Assembly: GCA_951812955.1 (NCBI GenBank)
Contig: OX638340.1
Coordinates: 1,888,001 to 1,952,000, forward strand
Length of the DNA stretch: 64,000 bases
Direction of reading: 5' to 3'
Source of the DNA: an uncultured Gemmatimonadota bacterium
GTDB taxonomy: Bacteria; JAAXHH01
The position numbers and the translations under genes are program-made. Under the pieces are notes generated by a model. The model was given only the letters and a program-made list of their open reading frames with translations, searched no databases and was not told the DNA's origin. Below are positions 19,757-27,729 of this stretch, piece after piece (position 1 is the stretch's first letter; every line of letters starts with the position of its first letter).

Positions 19757-20914
19757 CTACTCCGCCCTGATATAGTTGCCCGCCTTGTCCCAGTCCGGCC
19801 GCGTCAGGCCGTTCAGGTCCCATACCACCTGTCCGGCGCGCACGGTCAGCAGGCATCGCAGCCGCCGGTCGCCGCGCATGCGGGCGAGGCCCGAATCGAC
19901 GAAGCCGAATTCCCCGTATTCCAGTTCCAGCACGGCGACGTCCGCCTCCGCGCCGATGCTCAGGGTACCCAGTTCCGGCCGCCGTATGGTCCGGGCGGGA
20001 TTGCGCGTGGAGCGCATGACCACGTCCTCCAGGGTCATCCCCATGTTCAGGCATTTCGACATGGTCGTGATCATGCTCGCGTTCGGCATAAGGGCACTGT
20101 ACTTGTGGAAATCCGTGCTGACCGTATCCGGCAGGAAGCCCTGCTCGATGGCCGGCACGGCGATGCGGAACCAGAAGCTGCCGCCGCCGTGGCCCAGATC
20201 GAACAGGATGCCCTTGTCCCGCGCCTCCCGGACGTAGTCGTTCACCCTGCCGCGATGGTCCAGCAAGGGGATGTGCTGTGCGTACAGGTGGGTGTGTATG
20301 TCGCCCGGACTCAGTTTCTTCAGCAGCAGGTCCCGGTAGCTGCGGTTCGGCTTCGGTGCGAAATCGATCATGGCAATGGCGCCGCTCCGCCGGGCCGCCT
20401 CGACGGCGCCGTCGACCGCCTCCCACCCCGGTCCGTTGAAATGGGCGGTCTTGGATCCCACGACGTGTTCCGGATACCTGCTGATCATGTCCGCGCAGGG
20501 CACGGGGTCCATCTCCGACACGTCCTGTTCCACGGCGCCTTCCATACCGGCGCCCACGATGTTGATCAGGGCCAGCACCCGGGTTATGGACTCGGCGATG
20601 ACCGTGTCCTTGAAGTCTTCGAATTTCTTCCACCCGGCGCCCCCTGTATCGAGCACCGTGGTCACGCCGTTGGGGAGCACGTGGGCATCGGGGAACACCC
20701 ATCCCCGGTAGCCGCCATAGGCGTGCATGTGGATGTCGATCAGGCCAGGCGTGACGTAATGGCCGTGGACGCGGGCGACCTGTCTCCCGTGCTCCGCCGG
20801 GATGTCGTGTCCAACCGCCGCAATCAGTCCGTCGTTGACGGCGACGTCCCGGCTATCGTTGATGCCGTTTTGGGGATCGATGACCTGTCCGCCCTTGATT
20901 ATGAGATCGTACAT
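19757..20914 (-). CDS. amidohydrolase-family metallohydrolase (dihydroorotase/deacetylase-like)
   Basis: 385 aa. GLIDIHMHAYGG N-terminal HxH metal motif. TIM-barrel amidohydrolase pattern. Confidence 0.8.
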   Translation of the reverse strand: MYDLIIKGGQVIDPQNGINDSRDVAVNDGLIAAVGHDIPAEHGRQVARVHGHYVTPGLIDIHMHAYGGYRGWVFPDAHVLPNGVTTVLDTGGAGWKKFEDFKDTVIAESITRVLALINIVGAGMEGAVEQDVSEMDPVPCADMISRYPEHVVGSKTAHFNGPGWEAVDGAVEAARRSGAIAMIDFAPKPNRSYRDLLLKKLSPGDIHTHLYAQHIPLLDHRGRVNDYVREARDKGILFDLGHGGGSFWFRIAVPAIEQGFLPDTVSTDFHKYSALMPNASMITTMSKCLNMGMTLEDVVMRSTRNPARTIRRPELGTLSIGAEADVAVLELEYGEFGFVDSGLARMRGDRRLRCLLTVRAGQVVWDLNGLTRPDWDKAGNYIRAE

Positions 20915-20924
20915 CGCTGCTCCT

Positions 20925-23900
20925 TCAGGTCAATTGCGGCGCTTCCGCGGGCGCTCGTTCCTCGACTTTCCGGTACTGGTCCTTGATGGACTCGGAAAGG
21001 GTACGCCACACGAGGAAACGTTTCCGCAGCACGGTGAAGAACCGGCGGTTGATGGTCTGCCACTGCGCAAGGTCCCCGCTGCGCCGGCGGATTGCGATCA
21101 TGATCCGGTACAGGCTTTCACCCGGTACGGGCTCCAGTTCCAGCGCCACGTCCTGGCTGATGGCGAGATCGTAGGGCGCGAGCCATACCGTCGCAGATAC
21201 ACGGTAGCCTTCTATAGGCCGGGCCGGTACCACGTCATGCGCCGTTCCCTCCGCGACGAAATCCTCGGCCGAACTGTCCTCGTGGGTCTGGAAAATGTGT
21301 GCCAGGTATCCCGCCAGCGGATAGGCCTCCGGGATGGTGACGGTAAAGGGAAACTCGAAGCGCCAGTCGTCGCCGTCGGGCGTTGGTGGCGCCCAGCGCC
21401 GGGTCACGTCCTCCACCGTCATGTCCGCGGCCTTTTTGGCCGGGTAGAGGGTGGACAGGAACACGACGACCATGACGACCACCGTCGCGTATACGGTCGA
21501 CAACGAGGAATAGTTCAGCGACAGGCCGCCCAGCAGGTCCCACTGCGACAGGCCCATGGTGATGATCTGGCCGGTGAGGTACCCGAACACAGCGCCTAGG
21601 GTGGCGAATACGGCCGCTTCGGCGATGAACAGCGCGGCAACGTGGTTCGGCGCCAGGCCCACGGCGCTGTATACGCCGATCTCCCGGAACCGTTCGAACA
21701 CGGCGCCCATCATGGTGTTCAGAACCAGGAACGCCGCGATGAGCACCGGGATGATCAGGTTGGCCAGGCCCGAGACCGAAGTGGCGCCAAGGGAGCTGTA
21801 GACCTTCACCTCGTCTTCCGTTCCGACAAACACGGCCAGGAGGACCCGTGACATGAAGGCCTCCACGGAATCGCGGAGTTGATCGCCATCCGCGAACCCC
21901 GTGATCGCCACGGACCGCGTGGATCCGTTCAGGTCGAGGGTCTGGCGGTAGGGCAGGACCAGCACGTTGCGGGATGGCAGGTGTTCGGAGGCCTGGATCG
22001 TTGACATGAATACCTCCACGTCCATTTCGGTCAACGAACGGGTCATGGAAAAACTGGCGGGCATGATGCTTTCGTCGTCCATGTCCCGGTAGGCGTCCAG
22101 GCCATCGGATTCGAGCAGTCCGATCACGGTATAGCGGCCGCCCAGGATCTCCACGACCGCCGTACCTACGTCCTCGGGCTCCACGTCCAGCCTTTCGGCC
22201 AGTTCCGTGGGCAGCAGACACACCGCCCTTTCGTCAGGACCGAACCATCGCCCGCCCGGTACCAGGTAGCGGTCCAGCCCGGAAATGGCCGGTTCGTCGG
22301 CGTGAAGTCCGAGCAGGGACTGTACCGTGGTGGAGGTTCCCCGGCCCGGCGCCCGCAGGTCTATGTAGGGGCTGGTGAGATCCTCGGGCTCGTACCACGA
22401 CCTGGGCACGACCTCGGCCTGCGCTTTGAAGGCGTTTTCCACGTAGGGCAGGAAAGAAGAGGGCAGCGAGTGCCACGACAGGTTGCGCATGAGGACGCCG
22501 TCGTACGGGGGGGCGTTCTCGCGGTCCAGCGTATAGAACTGGATGCCGGTCCTGAAGGAGGTGAAGGAAAGCACGGTAAAGGTCAGCAGGGTCAGCGTCA
22601 CCGCCGTCAGAGCCGTGCGCAGCTTCCGCTTGCGAAGGTTCGAAATCCCGAGCGATATGGCCACCGCCGTGGCGCTCAGCCGGCCGATGTCCGCCTCGTG
22701 AAGGCCGGCCGCCGACCGGGTCAGGTTCTTCATCTCCGTGTCGAACCGCGTGACGATCATGGTAATGATAATCAGCGCCATGGCCAGGATGATGAAGGCG
22801 AGGAAAACCATGTAGGGCGTCAGGCTGAGTTGAAAGGCCGGATGCACGTTCTGCAGCAACAAAAAGACCGCCGCGAAGATCACGCCCACCGCGAGCAGCC
22901 GCTTGCGAATGTCCGGGAACCCGAAGAACAGTCGCTCGAGGAAGAAGCAGAAGGGTACCAGCAGCATGAAGTAGAAAACGATGCCGTCCACCGTGTCGTC
23001 CGCGGCGTACCGTACATCGGGATAGGCGCGGGCCTCGTAGCCCCACGCTTCCCTCGACCGGGCCACGAAGGCATCGTAGCGGCGGTCTTCCAGGGCTTCC
23101 CGCGCCGCCCGAAGCGCCTGCGTGCTTTCTTCATGCAACTCGGCTGCCCGGGCGTTCGTCACGCCGTGGTCCTCCAGTTTCATCAGCCGCGCCCTGTTGA
23201 GCGACCACAGGTCCAGGGCGCTCTGGTAGAAGGGATAGAGAATCGGCCCCCGGTCCGCCGTGAAGCCTTGTCCCTGTGCCAGGGCCATGACGTCGTCGGA
23301 GATGCTTTCCGGCGGATCGTCGAGCCAGGACTCCGGCGTATTGGTCAGCAGGTACTTGACGCCCCGGGGACCCGCGCTCATGAACATCTTGACGCGGTCC
23401 TCGGGCTTTGCGAAGACCACCGCGGCGTTGGTCATCCAGTTGCCGAAGAAACTCTGGTCTTCCACGAAGGCCGCCCCGTACTTTCGCAGTGGGCTGTTGT
23501 CCCGTCCGAGCACGGTCAGGTTGTCGAGAGCGACGAAGACGCCGGGATCGACGATATCGAAGAGGTTGATCTCCTCGCACGGAAAGAGGACCTGTATGGT
23601 ATTGTTCACCTTGGACGAATTCGGCACCGCGAGAGGGAAGGTGGCGTCGCCCTCCTCCCCCAGGTCCGGCGCGTACACGACCCTGCCTGTGTCGTCCAGG
23701 CCATAGCTGCGAACCTCGGTCGGGCCCTTGGAGTCGCGGACCATGGAAAAACGGAAGTAACCCATCGAATCCGCGTGGGTGACCATGAACCCCCGCACGC
23801 CGCTGTGGCTCTGGTAGCCCGGCTCGTAGACGACCAGGGCATCGGATACCGGGGTGTTGGGCTTGAAGAAATCCACGGTGCGGTCGAACTCGAGGACCCG

Positions 23901-25511
23901 GCCCTCGATGTCGCGGCCGTCGTCTTTCAGCCGAATGGACTCGTCCACGTCGAAGGCCTCGGGGTCCGACAGCATGGCCGGCAGCAAGGTGCCGATGGTC
24001 CTGATCTGCCGGACCAGGTTGGGGAAATCGACGTGCTCGACCCGGTCGACAGGCGTATCGATCAGCAGCCTGTTGTCGTTCACCGTGGAGAAGGTCATGC
24101 CATGCAGCCCCGCGAGCGTGACCATCTCATGATCGAAGGCTGGACCCGCGGGCATGTAGCTTTCCTGGGACCTGAGCGAAGGCGTCAGCGTATTGAGGTA
24201 GGCCGTCCGGCTGTCCTCCCGATCGTACACGCCGGCCTTGCGTGCGTAATTCATGTACCGGTCCGCATAGGGTTCGTACAGTATATCCAGATTCGAGGCG
24301 AAGAAGATGTAATCGCCGTAGCTGAACAGCCCGACCTGGTCCATCCGGCTGGTCAGGTCCAGACCCAGGAAAAGCGTGAAGGGGATCCGGTCCGCCTCAG
24401 GTATGCGTTCCAGGAAAAAATCGTCCGTCCGATAGTGGCGGTCCAAGAAGTCGTTTATGCCCTGCATGCCGTGGAAATGGGCGGACGTGGCCAGAAACAG
24501 CACGGTGTATCCGGGAGGATGGGCGCGGAACACGTCCAGCAGTTCCAGCATCGCCGCGATGCCGCCCGCGCTCTCGGCGCCCGGGGCCTGTCCGGGTACG
24601 ACCGACATGGCGTCATAGAATGCCGACAACACGACGACGCGGTCCTTCCACTTTTCTGTCCCGTCGCCGCCGGGAATCGGTTCGTCCCGACCCTGTATCC
24701 ACCCCATGACGTTCCAGGTTTCAGCCCGTTCCCACGACATGCGACCCCGGATCGTCACGTCGATGTTGCCGGGTCCTTCGGACCGGGCGGCCTGCAGCAC
24801 CTTCGCCGCGTGGGGATCGGGAATCCAGAACCGCGGGACGTCTGCGGGCACGTCCAGGATCTTGCGCTGGGCCTGGTTGTTGGTCACCGCGCCCGGACCG
24901 CTGTCGTAGAACAGGATAGCCTGCGCGCCCAGCATCCGCGCGTTGAGATACTGGTCTCGCCCGTCGAAATCGATCAGGACGATGCTTCCCTCGATCTCTT
25001 TCCCGTTGAAGGCCTGGAATTCGCCCCGGCGTCCATAGTGCAGTGGGCCTTTGATGCCGTTGGGAAAGGAATTCAGCCGGACCAGATTGGGCCAGAACTG
25101 GTACACCGGGATTTCGGTTTCAACTGAATCGTGCAGGGTAAGCGTGAACCCGTGGTCGACCGGCGAGGAAACGGTGAAGGTATCGATGGTTACTTCGGAC
25201 AGTCCCCCTGCATGGAACGCGTCGACCACGTACTCCATGGCCGCGCGGTTCCCCGGGTAGCCCACGACGCGCGACGGATGTGCGCTCATCGACCGGACGT
25301 GGGCCTCGACGCCCTCCACGGTCACGATTTCGGAGACTTCTTCCCAGGTCACTGGAGCTTCTTCGAGGGGCCTGGGAGTCACGTCATCGGGAAGCGAGAC
25401 GAACCTCAGGATCACGTGCTCCGTGACCCAGGCCGGACCGGCCACGGCCACGGCGAGGAAGAGCAGGACGCCCACGACAAGAAAGAAAGTTCCGAAAATC
25501 CGAGAATACAC
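20925..25511 (-). CDS. giant membrane protein: N-terminal TM anchor + PA domain + M28-like (apparently non-catalytic) domain + two FtsX/MacB-like permease units
   Basis: 1528 aa. PA-like SIVLIDFDGRDQYLNARMLGAQAILFY. M28-like block with SAFYDA / GAESAGG / SAHFHG where catalytic H, D, EE are substituted. TM cluster at ~880-960. LRKRKLRTALTAVTLTL TM plus periplasmic domain. C-terminal FtsX 4-TM with FERFREIGVYSAVGLAPN. Confidence 0.75.
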   Translation of the reverse strand: MYSRIFGTFFLVVGVLLFLAVAVAGPAWVTEHVILRFVSLPDDVTPRPLEEAPVTWEEVSEIVTVEGVEAHVRSMSAHPSRVVGYPGNRAAMEYVVDAFHAGGLSEVTIDTFTVSSPVDHGFTLTLHDSVETEIPVYQFWPNLVRLNSFPNGIKGPLHYGRRGEFQAFNGKEIEGSIVLIDFDGRDQYLNARMLGAQAILFYDSGPGAVTNNQAQRKILDVPADVPRFWIPDPHAAKVLQAARSEGPGNIDVTIRGRMSWERAETWNVMGWIQGRDEPIPGGDGTEKWKDRVVVLSAFYDAMSVVPGQAPGAESAGGIAAMLELLDVFRAHPPGYTVLFLATSAHFHGMQGINDFLDRHYRTDDFFLERIPEADRIPFTLFLGLDLTSRMDQVGLFSYGDYIFFASNLDILYEPYADRYMNYARKAGVYDREDSRTAYLNTLTPSLRSQESYMPAGPAFDHEMVTLAGLHGMTFSTVNDNRLLIDTPVDRVEHVDFPNLVRQIRTIGTLLPAMLSDPEAFDVDESIRLKDDGRDIEGRVLEFDRTVDFFKPNTPVSDALVVYEPGYQSHSGVRGFMVTHADSMGYFRFSMVRDSKGPTEVRSYGLDDTGRVVYAPDLGEEGDATFPLAVPNSSKVNNTIQVLFPCEEINLFDIVDPGVFVALDNLTVLGRDNSPLRKYGAAFVEDQSFFGNWMTNAAVVFAKPEDRVKMFMSAGPRGVKYLLTNTPESWLDDPPESISDDVMALAQGQGFTADRGPILYPFYQSALDLWSLNRARLMKLEDHGVTNARAAELHEESTQALRAAREALEDRRYDAFVARSREAWGYEARAYPDVRYAADDTVDGIVFYFMLLVPFCFFLERLFFGFPDIRKRLLAVGVIFAAVFLLLQNVHPAFQLSLTPYMVFLAFIILAMALIIITMIVTRFDTEMKNLTRSAAGLHEADIGRLSATAVAISLGISNLRKRKLRTALTAVTLTLLTFTVLSFTSFRTGIQFYTLDRENAPPYDGVLMRNLSWHSLPSSFLPYVENAFKAQAEVVPRSWYEPEDLTSPYIDLRAPGRGTSTTVQSLLGLHADEPAISGLDRYLVPGGRWFGPDERAVCLLPTELAERLDVEPEDVGTAVVEILGGRYTVIGLLESDGLDAYRDMDDESIMPASFSMTRSLTEMDVEVFMSTIQASEHLPSRNVLVLPYRQTLDLNGSTRSVAITGFADGDQLRDSVEAFMSRVLLAVFVGTEDEVKVYSSLGATSVSGLANLIIPVLIAAFLVLNTMMGAVFERFREIGVYSAVGLAPNHVAALFIAEAAVFATLGAVFGYLTGQIITMGLSQWDLLGGLSLNYSSLSTVYATVVVMVVVFLSTLYPAKKAADMTVEDVTRRWAPPTPDGDDWRFEFPFTVTIPEAYPLAGYLAHIFQTHEDSSAEDFVAEGTAHDVVPARPIEGYRVSATVWLAPYDLAISQDVALELEPVPGESLYRIMIAIRRRSGDLAQWQTINRRFFTVLRKRFLVWRTLSESIKDQYRKVEERAPAEAPQLT

Positions 25512-25512
25512 G

Positions 25513-27507
25513 TCAGTCTATCCCGTAGATATGATGCCCCGCGTGGGGGAACCATATGTAATCAACGAACATGGAGATGACCACGCCGGTAGCCACACCG
25601 AAGATAAGGCCCAGGAAGAAGGGCTGACCCTTTCGGTACAGCTCGATACCGCCGACCCACATCATGATGCTCTTGATGACCCAGCAAACGAACATGGACG
25701 ACACGATAGCGCGTGCGGGCCACGAGTAGGAAAGGAAGAAACCGAGGGGATGCAGCGGCCAGCCGGGCAGCCGGGCCCTCAGGGTCATGAGCAGGAACAT
25801 GAGCCAGCCGCCCACCATGAAGAACATGAGGCGGGCCGTGTCCGGTCCGAAGGGATCCCGCATCTTGGTGAGCGTTTCGTTGTAGGGGATGGTCGATCCG
25901 ATCCTTCCGAACCACCATCCGTTGGTGAACTGCCGCGTGCCCTGGTCGAATCCCAGGTAGATCGTCCAGATCAGCGCGATCACCACGCCGATCACCGCGG
26001 CGGACAGGACTGTCCAGCCCAGTCCACGGTGCCAGCGCGCACCGATCTCTGAAAGCTTGGCCACCTGCATGAAGGCGGGCATGAAGGTCGATTTGATCTC
26101 GCTGACGGGTCCATAGGTCTGGGCCATCGCCGTCATGGTGGACATGGACAGGTTCGCCGACCCGACCGAGTAGAATACGAGCACCTGGGCGATCATGGGC
26201 GAACGCACGTAGGGCAGCCCGGCTTCGGCGATGATGCGGGAGACGCCGATATAGATGACGAAGACGCCCGCGAGGAGGAACACGGCAATGGGCACGCTCA
26301 TGCCCAGCTGGTTCAGCCACACGATCCCGTAGACGAACCCGCCGAGAAAGCCGAAGACGGCGACCCGGTAGGGCAGCATCTCATCGGAGTCGTCCAGGTC
26401 CGATCTGCGGCCGAACGCATGGGAGAACACCGCGCGGATGTGAAACCTGGCCCGCCACAGCCCCCAGGCTACGAACACGATGAAGGCGCCCATGTTCTGC
26501 CAGTCCAGCATGGGGTGGATTGACGTGTAGTTGTCCCTGCCAGGTATGTCGTAACCGATCCGTTGTGCGATGCCTACCTGGATGATCCCGATCATGTAGA
26601 ACACCCAGAACCCGGCCAGCACGTCCAGGTTGACGAAGTAGGAAATACCGAGGATGGCTGGCCGGAAGTTGATCTCCAGCGGAGGGAATCCTTCGCCGAA
26701 GACAATGGGCGGCGCCGACCCGAAATAGGGAAACTGGGGCACGACCGGTGTGAAGTATCCGATAATGTTGTACATCATCACGCAGAAAGGGATGGAAAAG
26801 CCGATCCAGAAACGTTTCTCGGTCATAAATTCCGGGATGCGTCCCGACGATTCCATGCCTCGCGTCAAGGCGAGGGGGATCTGCATCATGGGGAATACCA
26901 GTTTCTCGTGTTCGACCCACTGTCTTCTGAGGATCACCACGAGACACAGCCCCATGAAGATGATCGGTACGATGAAGGTCAGCCACCAGAACAGGGGAAT
27001 GCCCCACACGCTCCAGGGTATGGACTCACCGGGCGGGATACCGTCGACGAACCAGGTCAGCGCATTGCCCTGGTTGGTGACGTTCGCCCAGGGTTTCAAA
27101 TAGGGATAAAAGTATTCTGCCCACTGGTTCTCGGGCGTCGCCAGGAGATTCGGCGCCATGAGCGTGGAGATAAACGGGGCGCCCATGCCGTTGGTCGACA
27201 GCCCGGAAGCCGCCATGCCCATGGCCAGGGGGATGACGAACTCGTGGGACGTCAGGGCCCAGTCTTTCTTCCACCGGGCCAGTATCACGTTGAACAGGAT
27301 GAGATACGCAAAGGCCAGGAACAACGCACCGATGTGAAGATGGTCCGCGCCGAGTTGAGACGAGGCCATGGTGTACTGAAAATAGGGGACGATCAGGGAA
27401 ATCAGGACGACGCTCGTCAGGCCCAGGAGGATGGATCTCGGCGTAATGATCCGGGTCGCGGTCGTCGGGCCGGCGGAAGAGGATACACTTTGCTGGGCTG
27501 AGGCCAT
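25513..27507 (-). CDS. polytopic integral membrane protein, uncharacterised family (paralog 2 of 3)
   Basis: Start taken at MASAQQ (ORF extends to 27615). Stop is 1 nt from the start of the giant gene. C-terminal YRKGQPFFLGLIFG...DYIWFPHAGH matches paralog 3. Confidence 0.7.
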   Translation of the reverse strand: MASAQQSVSSSAGPTTATRIITPRSILLGLTSVVLISLIVPYFQYTMASSQLGADHLHIGALFLAFAYLILFNVILARWKKDWALTSHEFVIPLAMGMAASGLSTNGMGAPFISTLMAPNLLATPENQWAEYFYPYLKPWANVTNQGNALTWFVDGIPPGESIPWSVWGIPLFWWLTFIVPIIFMGLCLVVILRRQWVEHEKLVFPMMQIPLALTRGMESSGRIPEFMTEKRFWIGFSIPFCVMMYNIIGYFTPVVPQFPYFGSAPPIVFGEGFPPLEINFRPAILGISYFVNLDVLAGFWVFYMIGIIQVGIAQRIGYDIPGRDNYTSIHPMLDWQNMGAFIVFVAWGLWRARFHIRAVFSHAFGRRSDLDDSDEMLPYRVAVFGFLGGFVYGIVWLNQLGMSVPIAVFLLAGVFVIYIGVSRIIAEAGLPYVRSPMIAQVLVFYSVGSANLSMSTMTAMAQTYGPVSEIKSTFMPAFMQVAKLSEIGARWHRGLGWTVLSAAVIGVVIALIWTIYLGFDQGTRQFTNGWWFGRIGSTIPYNETLTKMRDPFGPDTARLMFFMVGGWLMFLLMTLRARLPGWPLHPLGFFLSYSWPARAIVSSMFVCWVIKSIMMWVGGIELYRKGQPFFLGLIFGVATGVVISMFVDYIWFPHAGHHIYGID

Positions 27508-27729
27508 GGAAAGGGCCGGATTGTGATACTTGCGGTGACTGAAATACGGTAATGAATCTAGTCTGCGGGTCCAGAATATGTAAAATGGCAGACGGTATAA
27601 GTCAAAGAAAAACAAAGTTCCATGAGGTCCTGAGCCACCATCGGCCAGACCTTTTCGTTGTTGACACGATTCCGGTTTGCGGGGATATTTCCATACCTTG
27701 ATGTACCCGTTTCATACGAGGGATTTACA

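Noticed and set aside
22302-25127. 941-aa plus-strand ORF, and many other 60-330-aa ORFs antisense to the giant gene, hutH (10271-12172, 633 aa), hutU, AOR genes, etc.
   Set aside because: Arg/Gly/His/Pro-rich translations typical of stop-codon-poor antisense frames in high-GC DNA. They fully overlap well-supported genes on the other strand and have no motifs or RBS.
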